Shown here in pieces: positions 1 through 12,838 of a stretch of DNA of 64,000 nucleotides. The stretch is taken from NCBI RefSeq assembly GCF_006345805.1, contig NC_042999.1, forward strand, positions 159,588,001-159,652,000, read 5' to 3'. The stretch's first letter is position 1, and the number at the start of each line of letters is the position of its first letter. The notes beneath the pieces were generated by a model. The model had not been told where the DNA came from and did no database searches. It saw nothing but the letters and a program-made list of their open reading frames with translations. The stretch comes from Octopus sinensis. Its lineage: Eukaryota. The translations under genes were made by a program, and so were the position numbers.

Positions 1-297
1 TGTAAATATACAATGTTTTGTGTGCTTAATGTACGTAGGTAGTCTGTTATAGTCTGCTTATATGTGCCTTACTTTGATGAGTGGCTTATCTGTAAACTAA
101 CGATATGTTACGGCATAAACGTAGAAATATAAATATGTATTCTTGTGTATGTGTGTTTGTATTGATATTAGTTTCTGTTTATCGTAAATATGCAACAAAA
201 CCTCCATTAACTAGAAACAAGCAAATATTACATTTACCAGAATTAGAATTCCTATGAGGGTCAATCACTCCATATTAATGTATATGGTATATATATA

Positions 298-688
298 GGC
301 GCAGGAGTGGCTGTGTGGTAAGTAGCTTGCTAACCAACCACATGGTTCCGGGTTCAGTCCCACTGCGTGACATCTTGGGCAAGTGTCTTCTGCCTTGTAA
401 GTGGATTTGGTAGACGGAAACTGAAAGAAGCCTGTCGTATATATGTATATATATATATGTATGTGTGTGTGTTTGTGTGTCTGTGTTTGTTCCCCTAGCA
501 TTCCTTGACAACCGATGCTGGTGTGTTTACGTCCCCGTCACTTAAAGGTTCGGCAAAAAGAGACCGATAGGATAAGTACTGGGCTTACAAAAAGAATAAG
601 TCCCAGGGTCGAGTTGCTCGACTAAAGGCGGTGCTTCAGCATGGCCGCAGTCAAATGACTGAAACAAGTAAAAGAGTAAAAGAGAGAG
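298..688 (+). mobile_element. tRNA-headed SINE, family A
   Basis: Head GGCGCAGGAGTGGCTGTGTGGTAAG (A-box-like) and GGTTCAGTCCC (B-box-like), CORE-like CTTGGGCAAGTG, internal (TA)/(TG) tract, (GTAAAAGA)n tail; about 17 near-identical copies in the window. Source of the recurrent spurious ORFs. Confidence 0.9.
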
Positions 689-979
689 TATACAACAAAG
701 TTACCATAAACCAAGAAACCAAGAACCTCTAAACAAGTTCATCCCTACGAGAATTTCCATGAAGGACTACTTACAACTACAAATACATAAGATACAAAAG
801 GTTCACAATCAACGTATATACCCATCATCATCTACCTAACAGATATCATTATAGTTTCGACACTTGGGCAATACCATTGAAATCAAATATGTTTGTTTAA
901 TACTGAATGCGTGACAATCATTGGAGTTTTTAAATTTTAATAATGATATATGGCTTTTGATAGTGAAATATGACTTAGC

Positions 980-1362
980 TGACCAGAAAGCTGACCAGAA
1001 GAGAATTAATGCATTCGAGCTTTGGTGTTGGAGAAGACTTTTACGGATTCCATTGACATCGAGGCTCACCAATGGAGAAGTTCTTAAGCAGATCAGCCCG
1101 AAAATGTCGCTAGAAGCTAGGATCACCAAGCATAGATTGGCATATTTCGGTCATATTATGCGGAGAAAATCTCTGGAGAAGGACATCATGCTCAGAATGG
1201 TCAGTGGCAAGAGAGGAAGAGGCCGACCAAGAACCCGATGGCTTGACACCATCAAGAGGGATAGCGGAATGGACATAGCCAATCTGAAAGAAGCGGCCCA
1301 GGATAGAACTGACTGGGGGACACTGATCCAACGAGTGACCGAGAGTCGACTTCGACTGAGCT

Positions 1363-1437
<75 letters not shown>
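980..1437 (+). mobile_element. 5'-truncated RTE-clade LINE 3' end with (GATA)n tail
   Basis: Translation RINAFELWCWRRLLRIP...RLAYFGHIMRR...GKRGRGRPRTRWLD is the typical RTE/BovB post-RT region; (GATA)n at 1364-1437; imperfect TSD ATATGAC(T/A)TAGC at 968-979 and 1438-1449. Confidence 0.9.
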
Positions 1438-1438
<1 letters not shown>

Positions 1439-1925
1439 TATGACATAGCGAGCCGTATGTCTCCCCTAAATTTTTATTTTAGCACTAATGTATCTTTATC
1501 ATGACTTATTTTTGTTTTTATTTTGTATATTTTCATTTTTCATTTAGGACGAATCTTGAAGAATGTTGCGTTATTCTCCTATATTTTGTCCTTACTTTCA
1601 TTTTTCTGTATTCATTTATTTTTTACATCTTTTATTATTAAGTTTATTTATCGTTTGGCTCCGAAATATTTATCCTTTATTGATTGTATATTTTTCATCA
1701 TTATTTGTATTTTTGTTTGAGAATGATTCCATGATATATAAGGTTATTTTGTTTAGCCCGGTTTAGATTTCGAAACTTTGTCTGACGAAATGATTTTGCG
1801 AAAATATATAAATTTAATAACGTCATTGAAACGATAGAAATGAAAGAATTGAAATAAATATAGTTTGTTGTTTGTGAATGTTGAAAACATCTTAAATAAT
1901 CATAGTAACCTTAATATATACTCGT

Positions 1926-2130
1926 TTACTCTTTTACTCTTTTACTTGTTTCAGTCATTTGACTGCGGCCATGCTGGAGCACCGCCTTTAATCGAGCAAC
2001 TCGACCCCGGGACTTATTCTTTTGTAAGCCCAGTACTTATTCTATCGGTCTCTTTTTGCCGAACCGCTAAGTAACGGGGACATAAACACACCAGCATCGG
2101 TTGTCAAGCAAACACACACAAACACACACA

Positions 2131-2170
<40 letters not shown>

Positions 2171-2336
2171 TACGACGGGCTTCTATTCAGTTTCCGTATA
2201 CCAAATCCACTCACAAGGCTTTGGCCGGCCCGAGGCTATAGTAGAAGATACTCGCCCAAGGCGCCACGCAGTGGGACCGAACCCGGAACCATGTGGTTGG
2301 TAAACAAGTTACTTACCACACAGCCACTCCTGCGCC
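1926..2336 (-). mobile_element. SINE family A
   Basis: Full-length reverse-complement copy of 298-688; a diverged partial copy follows at about 2360-2510. Confidence 0.9.
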
Positions 2337-2558
2337 TATATATATTTTTTATTCGTTACTTCCTTCAACCTTTAGACTGCAGCCATACTAGGACATTGCC
2401 TGGAAAATTTTTGGTGAAAAAATTCGGCTCGAGGGCATATTTTTTCTTAAGCCTGGTACATAATCTTATCGGTCTCTTTTGTCGATCTGTTGCCAGAGAC
2501 GTAAACTCACTAACATCACTTACCCAACGACAGTGGGCAACAAACATAAATACATACA

Positions 2559-2595
<37 letters not shown>

Positions 2596-2635
2596 TCACA
2601 CACACACTCACACATACACACACACTCACACGCAC

Positions 2636-2677
<42 letters not shown>

Positions 2678-2739
2678 GGTACTACATAAGCACCTGCATC
2701 GTTAAAAATAGAAGTCAAAATACTTATATATATATATAA

Positions 2740-3292
2740 CGAGCAAAACGTCCCCCCCCCGTCCAATAGACAGTGCCGAGTTGTCAAACATTTAAACCAA
2801 ATTTTTCCAAAACAACTTGTCCAACTGTCCCATAGGCCTCCCCTTTGAGAAACACTGATTTAACCTAAATTTAAGACACCAGCAAAAGAAGAAATAAAGA
2901 TACACTTTTTTCTATTCCAAAGAAAAACGATTTTATTCACACAAATATGCAACCGAAGAGTTTAAAGCACCAGTAATGATAAGGCTGTTGACTGGGAGAA
3001 CACAAACATGGTTTAAATAGTAAGCTTGGCAGGAAAGAAACGTGCCTTTAAGCAGTACAAAAACAACAAAAAATGGAAGGTGCAGTTATGTACAGGTTGA
3101 CGGAAGAAAAGCAGAACAAAAACGGCTTTATCGATCGCATTCTCACCTGGAATCGATTTTTGTAATTTTTTCAAGACTTTATATATGCCCTGATACCGCC
3201 GGTATCTACATAACAAATTTGAGCGCAATCGGATGGAGGATGCCCGAGATCCTAGAAGACACACACACAGACAGGCAGAACGATTTTATATT
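2740..3292 (-). mobile_element. Non-autonomous Helitron-like element, family 2
   Basis: Homologous to 37293-37674 at both ends; minus-strand 3' end CTCG-T preceded by a hairpin region; no TIRs; carries a different internal segment (about 2881-3122). Confidence 0.55.
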
Positions 3293-3789
3293 ATACATAT
3301 ATATATATATATATACATATACATACATATATATACATATATATATGTGTGAATACATATATATATATATGTGTGTGTGTACATATATATGTGTATGTAT
3401 GTCTGTAGATATATATGTGCATGCATATTTATATGAAAATACACACACAAATATATGTATGTATTGTTCCTTATCCAACTGGTCGTTTCACATCTACACC
3501 TACATATACAATCAACATTAGGTATAAAGCGGCCAGTAAAATGTAAGTCTCTGTGTGATTTAAAGTGCTCATACTTCCGTTTCGTTGCAACAAGAGGAGA
3601 AGCTATTTGGCAGTTTACTAATAACAAAGATAAGTATCATCATTTAAGGATATTTATGCACTTACTAAGAGATAGATGCGGAAGTTTTAACAGAATCGTT
3701 ATTCACAAAATATGGAATAAAATATTACGTTATTCTCTTATAATAAATATTCAATTCAGGATATTTATGCCATCATTTATTGATTGAAA

Positions 3790-4560
3790 AACCATTTGAA
3801 CGAATGTAATCCTTGCTTGTTAAAAGTTTTCAAGTCTTATTTTTGACTATACAAACAGCTACATCTAACTAGACCAGAAAACTTTGACACTCCAACGAAC
3901 TTTCCTCAACATTTCAAGAATTATGGATAAGGACTATCAGTCACAACCTTCATGCTAACAAGTTAGATCTTTTGTTCCGATATATCGATTCTAAAGTAAG
4001 AGACATTTTACACAATTATACAGCTTGTGATAAAGCTGTAAAATGGATAGAAGAAGCGCATGGGAAACCATCCAATCAAATATGTGCCAGATATCCCTAA
4101 ACGATTTCAAAACTGTGACAAAACTTAACTGAACTTCTATAGAATTACATGTTTAAAGCGATTGAAGAACATTAGCAAAAGTGTGGAACAACCAACTGCC
4201 ACTAAAGTGCGAATACGATTTGTTAACCTGTGCCAGGCTTTCGCTGTTTTACCAATATATTCACGGCTAACCATTTTGTCCAGTGTGTTAATGATTTTTG
4301 CCAGCTCGCTGGTTTCTATACCTCAAAACAATAACGAACAATAAGGTTCTTCACATAACTTGATATGTTCCCACTCTTCAAACATTTGGCTATTTGTTGA
4401 TATAAAGTTTCCTCTTTGTGAGGAGGCTTCAAGTGTATCATTTTTATTAAAATAATCTTAAAGAAGCAGTTGTAATTGCAGCTGTGTTTGACTTTTACTA
4501 CTGAAGCAGATGCTTCAGATGAAACTATTGCTGCATCAAGCAATAGAACACTTGGAGGTA
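3790..4560 (+). mobile_element. Degenerate Gypsy-type gag relic
   Basis: Broken frames read LTRPENFDTP and NKLDLLFRYIDSKVRDILHNYTACDKAVKWIEEAHGKPSNQICARY, matching the RPxxFD...KLxLL...YxxAI...YxKPxNxIFARH pattern of invertebrate Gypsy gag; several stops and frameshifts. Confidence 0.55.
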
Positions 4561-4570
4561 TTTTTCGATG

Positions 4571-4574
<4 letters not shown>

Positions 4575-4641
<67 letters not shown>

Positions 4642-4687
4642 ATTATTATTATTATTATATAATTATTATTATTTAATAGTAGTAGTA

Positions 4688-4731
<44 letters not shown>

Positions 4732-4793
4732 TCCTTATTATTATTATTAATATTATTATTATTATTATTATTATAATTAGTATAGTAGTAGTA

Positions 4794-4840
<47 letters not shown>
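4575..4840. repeat. Compound (TAT)n/(TAG)n microsatellite, internally duplicated
   Basis: Directly visible; the TAT-block then TAG-block pattern occurs twice. Confidence 0.95.
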
Positions 4841-4940
4841 TTCAGGTCACAGCTTGGAATCGAACTCGGAATTTTGGAGTTAGTAGCTCGCGCTCTTAAT
4901 CATTACGCCCCAAGATTCCAAGTTCGATTCTAAGCTGTGA

Positions 4941-4947
<7 letters not shown>
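4840..4947. repeat. Foldback of a short tRNA-like SINE head
   Basis: Arms 4840-4875 and 4912-4947 are reverse complements with about 3 mismatches; minus strand reads GGCGTAATGATTAAG...GAGTTCGATTCC (A/B-box-like) followed by (AAT)n. Confidence 0.75.
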
Positions 4948-5000
<53 letters not shown>

Positions 5001-5619
5001 GTTATCATGTACATTGTTTTGTCTTGGTATAAAAGATGGGCTACAGCAAATATTCTGCTCAATACCACAGATTTGCTTGTCAGTTGTTTGACCTTAACCA
5101 GTTGAGCATGTCCCTTAGTGGCTGACGATATGTGCATCTCTGATCACGAGCAGAAGTAGTGGGGGAGCTTCATAGCCATGTGTTGAGAGGGATTCTTTGG
5201 GGTTGAGATAATTCACCTCTGGAAACATGGGTGGCTCTTTCAACATCCTTAAACAACCTTATTCAGGGACCTTTTGAGCGGGATGGCTACTCACCTGAAG
5301 AAAATTCTAACTGGGCCCCACCTGCAAGGTCATGTGCTGTTTATCTTGATATGAGATCACCATGTCGCGCACTATGGTTGTGATGCATGTGCCTGGTGTA
5401 CCTTATCAGACGGGTAGTCATGATGGGTATATTGGGCTTCGTATATTTTACCCCAGTGTCACTTTGATGCATGCACTGCTCTCTCACTCAATAATAATAA
5501 TAAAATAATAATAATAATAATAATATAATAATAATAAATACAATAATAATTAATAATAATAACAACAACAACATCGAAAAATACCTTAGGAATGAGAACC
5601 AGGTTCGAAATTTCCCCAA

Positions 5620-5665
5620 GACACCTGATGAAGGCTGGAGGGTATATCAGGTGAAATGTTGTGTT
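5620..5665 (+). ncRNA. Degenerate type I hammerhead motif H1
   Basis: GACAC-CTGATGA-A-GGCTG..CAGGT-GAAA-TG-TT-GTGTT: intact core and stem I (GACAC/GTGTT); stem II and stem III partly mispaired. Confidence 0.55.
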
Positions 5666-6108
5666 AACAGCAAACAAGAAGAGGACAAATATCCGTCAAA
5701 TATAAATAATGTAAATAATGTACTTATTTTTTTTTTGTTACACACTGGTATTACAATAATGTCTCATTTTACAAAAGTACTTAACCTAACTTCTGCTACC
5801 CGCACGATTGGATGCATTTCAACTGCCTTTTTAACCTAATAAATTGAAACTATATTTACTATGATCGACGGAGTTATTCGCTTTTCATAGTATCCATAGT
5901 ACTTCTACAATTAGACGGAAGTCCTTTTACAATTAGAACTATTTTGAACTTTTTCTCTAGTTTTGAAATTCCATCATTTATTAATTCAAATTGGAAAGGA
6001 GCATCTTTTGAGTCTACCGATTTGAAACAATTTTTCCAGCCGTATCACTCAATATAATAAGTATAACGGGATTCTTTAAAATCATTTTCCTTTGAAAATA
6101 AGCATCTA

Positions 6109-6274
6109 GGCGCAGGAGTGGCTGTGTGGTAAGTAGCTTGTTTACCAACCACATGGTTCCGGGTTCAGTCCCACTGCGTGGCACCTTGGGCAAGTGTCTT
6201 CTACTATAGCCTCGGGCCGACCAAAGCCTTGTGAGTGGATTTGGTATACGGAAACTGAATAGAAGCCCATCGCA

Positions 6275-6328
<54 letters not shown>

Positions 6329-6548
6329 TGGTGTGTTTGTGTGTCTGTGTTTGTCCCCCTAGCATTGCTTGACAACCAATGCTGGTGTGTTTATGTCCCC
6401 GTTACTTAGCGGTTCGGCAAAAGAGACCGATAGAATAATTACTGGGCTTACAAAACAATAAGTCTCTGGGTCGAGTTGCTCGATTAAAGGCGGTGCTCCA
6501 GCATGGCCGCAGTCAAATGACTGAAGCAAGTAAAAGAGAGAGTAAAGG
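6109..6548 (+). mobile_element. SINE family A
   Basis: Full-length copy. Confidence 0.9.
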
Positions 6549-7027
6549 AGTATCTAAACACTTCACAATGAAAGACTGTTTCTGGAACTTCTCTATGCTT
6601 TATTATCATTGCAATGTACCGCTGCGAGCCCCACTCTTCCCAAAAGGGTATTCTGTTTTTTAACCACTCCTACTGCACCGGTATTCTCCCACTTGGTTTT
6701 CTGAACCTGAGATGATTTATATGCGTCAAGACTGAAATCGCTGGCGGAAACTCACGAAACTTCAATAGGCTAATCTATTACGTTTATGTCATATTTGTAA
6801 ACGGCATCTGGTAACTATTATGGAGATTTCCGAAAATGTTTCTGATTGTATATCAACAAGAATTTGAAAGCCGGTTGAACATCTAAATTTGTAAATTCTA
6901 TTTTCTATAAGTTGTAACCATATTCTTTTTCATAATTAATAGACAATATCAAGTTGAAAATTGAAATGTTTAATACTATAATTATTTAGAGTAAAAATCA
7001 AGAAATAAGTTAGATATTATAATGTAC

Positions 7028-7322
7028 GTGGAGGCGCAATGGTCAAGTGGTTAGGGAAGCGGATTCGCGGTCGTAGGATCGCGGTTTCGATTCCCAGACC
7101 GGGCGTTGTGAGTGTTTATTGAGCGAAAACACCTAAAAGCTCCACGAGGCTCCGGCAGAGTATGGTGATCCATGCTATACTCTTTCACCACTCTTTCTTC
7201 TGTTGGCCTGCTCGCTTAGCCAGCGGGGTGGCGTCATTCAAAGGCTAAAACAATGCGAACGCATTGTGACCAGCGATGTGTAACAACATCTGATGGTCTG
7301 GTCGGTCACGTGGTCACGTGAT
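7028..7322 (+). mobile_element. tRNA-headed SINE, family C, alternative 3' module
   Basis: Head GTGGAGGCGCAATGG..AGTGGTTAG..GGTTTCGATTCCC shared with 9593-9981 and 15847-16225; diverges after ACTCTTTCACCAC. Confidence 0.8.
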
Positions 7323-7620
7323 TATAATGTACATGATGAATAATGATAAAGAATATCTAATGTGGGTATTAATACATAGGAACAATTTATTAAACTGGGA
7401 TCATAAAAACACAGAAAAACAGGTAAACATCAGTAGAAGTCTCTTTCCAAAGAAGACAGCCGCTTATCGTGTCTCAGCACATTCATTAACTAGTAACTTA
7501 CCTCCCTACTTCCTGCTTTACTAAAATGGACTCCATAATATCACCTACCCCCTTTTCCTTAAACGTCAGTACAAGCATCATCTAAAATTTTCGGAACAAA
7601 AATGTTCATATTGCCACCAT

Positions 7621-9354
7621 GTCTTGCAAACAACTTGCACATGCAAGTGCTACCAGTCAAAAACCGGAAGCCAGCAAGTGTATGGGGTCATCAAGAGAGA
7701 ATGTGTGCCGTTTCGGGACCTACCTCTCGACGGCATCAATGCGCACCGCCCCCCCCCCTCACTGATATGAGGTCCCGCTTGCTAGATCAGCTGGTTATCA
7801 AATAAAGCTCAATATCCTTCTAGCCATCGCTTATCGTCTTTTTTAACCAAATCCAGTGGCTAGCCTTCTCCGTTGTAGTTTGGATATCGGTCATGGTGGT
7901 ATTGACTTTACGATGAGTTAGGCCTAACGATAACAACAGTCGTCTCACACTGTGTCCAACGAACCCTCTACATCCGACTTCGATTGGAAAATGCTCTGCT
8001 TTCAAGTCTGCGTCTTCACATTCCTCGAGGAGGTTTACATAACGGTCAATCTTTCGACCCGAGCGGCGTCCATATTATCTTCATGAGGAACCGTTAACTC
8101 GACTATCAAAATGTCTGGTTTTTTCGTAATTGGGATGAGAAAGAATCCCTGGCACCCAGTTAAATCTGCAGTCACCTCCCAATAGCCGTTCCACGTTTCA
8201 TCTCTCACGGGAAGTTTCTTGATCTTCTTGAAACGAATCCGCTGACCTGATCGCACGAAAGTAACGAAATCTCTAGATGGTACTTTTAACGGGTTTTTTT
8301 CAGTGCTGTTGAGATGAATTTGGTTCTTTATAGCATTAAAGATAACCTTAAGGACCAAGTTGTGTCTCCATGTATACCTGTTCAATGCTAATGAACAGCT
8401 GGAAAGAGTATGTTTCAGTGTTCTGACCCTTCCGCATTTGCATATGCCATACTCTGAGACGTTCCATTTTACTAGATTCAGAGGTGATGGCAAAACATCA
8501 CAAGATAAACGAATCAGGAAACTTAGCCGAGATGTCGTCCACTTCCATATCTCATCCCAACTTATTTTCTTCTCAACAACATGTTCTTCCCATCTCGTCA
8601 TCTGTCCTTGATGAAAACATCGGATCAAATGAAGCCCTCTTTTCTCTGCTTCTCTCGTTTTGACGCTGTTGCTAACAACAGATCTCCGTTCACTCCGTAT
8701 CATGCTTGCAAACGGTATGAACTGATCTGCGCCAAAACCAAGTCCTTTCTGATGGTTCTGCGTTGCTCCCACCATATCTCTGTGTATAAGAGAAAACAAG
8801 ATGTCGTTAGTCTCTGCTTCTGCTTTCCACTTCCTGGCTGTTTTCACCTCTGGTGGGTTACGCCTGATTTCCATATCCTTCGATTCTCTCAGCATCATCA
8901 CCGTCCATATCTTCCCCAGTTTATATATTTCGACTATTGACGCTAGTGATAGCTACAAACGAACTTCTTTTACGATAAAGAGCTGAACTGTTCAACATAC
9001 GAGGTAGGCCTAGCCACTTTCTTATTTCTTCATTGCCCACATGAGGCTAACATAGAGGGGACAAACAAGGACAGACAAAGAGATTAAGTCGATTACATCA
9101 ACCCAGTGCGTAACTGGTACTTAATCTATCGACCCCGAAAGGATGAAAGGCAAAGTCGACCTCGGCGGAATTTGAACTCACAACGTAACGGCAGACGAAA
9201 TACGGCCTAGCCACTTTCTAATGAACGCATTACATTTTTATTCAATGATCTGAACTCGTGATAAGGCCACCTCGTATATTAAAAGTGGTCACGCAAGTCG
9301 CGGGTTCGAGCCGAACTGCAAGCACCAAATTTATAGTTACCTGGTAACTTCGAG
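7621..9354 (-). mobile_element. 5'-truncated HERO-like non-LTR retrotransposon (restriction-like endonuclease), pseudogenised
   Basis: Frames read PLLIYEV, RKWLGLPR, CKCGRVRTLKHTLSSC, RYTWRHNLVL, KPDILIVELTVPHED, PIEVGCRGF, ASHWIWLKK (CCHC finger plus PD-(D/E)xK-type endonuclease, HERO pattern). Exact 18-bp TSD TGTTCATATTGCCACCAT at 7603-7620 and 9355-9372. Confidence 0.85.
9023..9203 (-). mobile_element. SINE family B, 5'-truncated, nested in HERO
   Basis: Contains GTCGACTTTGCCTTTCATCCTTTCGGGGTCGAT core; 16-bp TSD GGCCTAGCCACTTTCT at 9007-9022 and 9204-9219 splits the KWLGLPR codons. Confidence 0.9.
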
Positions 9355-9592
9355 TGTTCATATTGCCACCATTATAGGAAGCACTTTATTAAGAACTGTT
9401 TAAGAATCATCTGTAGCGGCTCTAATTTTTTTTTTAAATCGTAACAAAATCGCCAGCAAAATCACCAGAGGAAAACTGCATATGCATTAATATCACTGCA
9501 TAGCTACTCGAACTATTCAGTAATACCGAAAATAATCTACGAAACAGATGTCAACTATACCAAACCGATTCAACTGATAAAACGTAGAAACT

Positions 9593-9981
9593 GGATGGAA
9601 GCACTCCGTCGGTTACGACGACGAAGGTTCCGGTTGATCCGAATCAACGGAACAGCCTGCTTGTGAAATTAACGTGTAAGTGGCTGAGCACTCCACAGAC
9701 ACGGGTACCCTTAACGTAGTTCTCGGAGATATTCAGCGTGACACAGAGAGTGACAAGGCCGGCCCTTTGAAATACAGGTACAACAGAAACAGGAAGTAAG
9801 AGTGAGAGAAAGTTGTGGTGAAAGAGTACAGCAGGGTTCACCACCATTCCCTGCCGGAGCCTCGTGAAGCTTTAGGTGTTTTCGCTCAATAAACACTCAC
9901 AACGCCCGGTCTGGGAATCGAAACCGCGATCCTATGACCGTGAGTCCGCTGCCCTAACCACTGGGCCATTGCGCCTCCACG
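9593..9981 (-). mobile_element. SINE family C
   Basis: Full-length; 13-bp TSD AAACGTAGAAACT at 9580-9592 and 9982-9994. Confidence 0.9.
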
Positions 9982-10879
9982 AAACGTAGAAACTACATAA
10001 ATGGTAAAAGGACAATTTAAGCACTACTTCTAAAACCATACTTCGTCATTCAGACAGGCTAAAAAAAATTTTTTTTTTCCTTACAGTTAGCAAGGATGAT
10101 AATGTCCATGACACATTACAGACCTTCCGAAACTAGTAGGAAGAAGATGCCCTCAAGCCGGAGACAGGTCTGAATGCTTGCAACAGGGTATAATCTGCTA
10201 AAAACACGCAAGGTAACCAATTCCACATATCCACGATTTTGCATCTGCATTTTCTTGCTTGGAGCCATTATAATTCAAGCTTATAACCAAATACTTGTCG
10301 AACCTATTGATATTTATGTGACAGTTATCACTCTGCCCTTTAAACTATTTGAACTTTTGAGCCTTTGAAATGTTTTTCTGTATCAGAACACGAAAACTAG
10401 CTTTTTATTAGGTTATCATATTATGGTGTTGCAATTAATTCTACTAGGTGTTGTTATAATTAACTCTGCTAAATAGTGTTGTAGTTAACACAAATAAATG
10501 CTGCTGTAATTAATTCTACCAAATGTTTTATCGGTGTTTTATCTAGTATTCTTAATAGAGATTAAATCCTACCCACAGAAAACAATTGACAACTAGATTT
10601 TATATCAGAGTTTACTGGTAATAATCGATATAACAAGATAGCTAATAACTCTTCAGCAGACGATTTATATGGATTCCTTACATTCTTACAATGCAATAAA
10701 CTTTAAGAATTGCGTCTGAAACAAATTAAGAGTTTCAGCAGCTAAGAAAGTCATAATCTTCAAATGATTTTCGCCTCTTTTCCTATCTGCTTCTACGACG
10801 TGTATTTGTTCTGATATTTCCCCTGGTCCTGAAACCTTTTGTTTCGACAGAGCCACTCTTTTTCCTGCTCTTCATAACA

Positions 10880-11300
10880 TATCTCATTCTAAACTTTTTC
10901 TCGGTGACCTGAAGCCGTTACAAATAGAGACAATTCAGCTACAATGTTAGTAAAAGCTTTGATAAGAGTTCCCCTTTTGGAGCTCTTATCTTAATTACAA
11001 CTAACGGAGGCTTGCAATCTTAGTCTAATCTTTTTCGCTGAGACAATATATCTACTCGGTACTAAATGAATTTGTATGACGACATCTCACCCTGTCTCAG
11101 ATGGAATGACCAAACATTTTTTATCGGTTTTTAAATCGAACAGCAACACAGATAGATGATTGGAATATCTGGCGATAATATTATTTGGCATGATGTCATC
11201 AGTTAGGGCGGATCTTGGTTTTACTCCATCAGAATTAATATTCGACTGCACATTAAGTCTACCTGGGAATATAGCGGTTGAAAGTTTTCACAATATCAAT
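10880..11300 (+). mobile_element. Degenerate Gypsy integrase relic
   Basis: Reads SR*PEAV...ITTNGGLQS*SNLF...LLGTK*ICMTTSHPVSDGMTKHFYRFL...ADLGFTPSELIFDCTLSLPG, matching the RWPEA / ITTDRGxQF / HPxSNGMVERFHR / PAELVYGxxLRLPG integrase motifs. Confidence 0.8.
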
Positions 11301-11599
11301 GCAACAAACTTAAAACATCTTCCTTCTGACATCAGAACTTGCTCCCTTATCTTCTTTCGCAACGATTCTATACAAAACCTTTTGCGAACCCTTTATAGTG
11401 GACTTTATTGTGCTTTGCATACTAATTCGAAATAATTTGTGGTTTATAAGTATTTCAAAAAAGAAATGTAGGTTTAAACAGAATTATTTTTATACTACAC
11501 TCGCGAGCCAACCCACTATTTTACATTAAAAAAACGTCCATATGAAATGCCAGTCTGGCATCCACAGGTGACTGTGACTAATAAAAGTAGTAAAAGAGT

Positions 11600-12190
11600 G
11601 CGTAGAACTGTTTTCATCAAGTTCGGTCTTCGATTATATTGAGATCTGGCTTTTGAAGTGGCTGTGAGGGCTCTAATTAAGTGCTATTCATGTTTAGGTG
11701 TTTGTGGTGAAATGGTGTTTTCTAGAAATTAATATTTGGAGATTTTTGCCGTTAAAAGAAACACGTTTGGCATGAATTCACTAGCGGATTAGTGCGAAGT
11801 CAACATTTATGGAATTGGTAGAGCTTAAACGTATGCCATTTAAGGTGCATGTGGATGATGTGTCGTCGAGGAAGATTAATAATGAAGGGCCGTACTATTT
11901 GCGCAGTAGTGGGCATTGTTGGATATGATAGCAAGAATATTGAGAAAGTAGGGGATAAATCCTAGTGACGTGGAGAAAAACATTACTTTCAACCACATTC
12001 TCTAAAGTGAAAGTTCACTGCTGGGTGACATAAGAGAGGTGGTGTCCACTGGATTTGGTTTGACAAAAGCTGTATTCGTGATCATGGATAATATAAAAAG
12101 ATTCAAGAAGTTGGAGAACATCATTGTTAATGGCTGTTTCCATTAATTCAGAGATGCTAGAAATGAGAAGAATAGGACGATAGTTGCCTG
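11600..12190 (-). mobile_element. Degenerate, internally deleted LINE reverse-transcriptase fragment (CR1/L2/Jockey-like)
   Basis: Minus frame PGNYRPILLISSISELMETAINN...HDHEYSFCQTKSSG resembles NYRPISL...QYGFR..RST; later GPSLLIFLDD resembles GPxLFLIFIND. Confidence 0.6.
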
Positions 12191-12362
12191 GCGAAATGCT
12201 TAGCGGTATTTCGTCTGTCGTTACGTTCTGAGTTCAAATTCCGCCGAGGTCGATAAATAAAGTACCAGTTTCGCACTGGGGTCGATGTAATTGACTTAAT
12301 CCCTTTGTCTGTCCTTGTTTGTCCCCTCTATGTTTAGCCCCTTGTGGGTAGTAAAGAAATAT
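12187..12362 (+). mobile_element. SINE family B, internally deleted
   Basis: Homologous to 31245-31475; a more diverged minus copy lies at about 12560-12716. Confidence 0.85.
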
Positions 12363-12838
12363 ATTTCTTTTGCAACCGCACAGCAGAAGGCTGATAAATT
12401 GCTTTTAGTAGGTGAATGCTGAATGTAGATGAGCCGTCAGCTGGATATATTAATGCAAGCAAACACACTGTAGATTGAAACATTTACGATAGAGTAATTG
12501 TTTTCAGAAAATCTTTCCTGACTTGGTTTCAAATTTTGGCACAGACCCAGTAAGTTCGGGATAGGGGTTAAATCAACTGCTACTTATTTCATCGACCAGT
12601 AGAGGTTGAAAGATAAAGTCGACCTCGGAGGAATGTGAACTCAAAACATAAAGACGGACAAATGTCGCTAAGCATTTTGCCCGGCGTGCTAACGATTCTG
12701 CCAGCTTGTCGCCTTAACTGTATTTGCATATTTATTCATTTCACGTCTGGACAGGTTCAGACGCCAAATATACTGGATAATGTACCCTTTTAGCCAACAG
12801 TGAGTTCAACGCACACAACTCATCAGCGCAAGGTATTT

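Noticed and set aside
640-690. SINE A tail AGTC-AAAT-GACT-GAAAC-AA-GTA as a hammerhead half
   Set aside because: No CUGANGA-like core upstream in any copy; better explained as a LINE-type 3' stem-loop.
9265-9330. tRNA-like GGTTCGAGCC...CACCA segment
   Set aside because: It is the antisense of HERO coding sequence (LPG.YK.W..Q.G..PRL.WPLLIYE region); no cloverleaf.
10085-10212. Strong splice-like sites on both strands
   Set aside because: All three frames contain stops on either strand.
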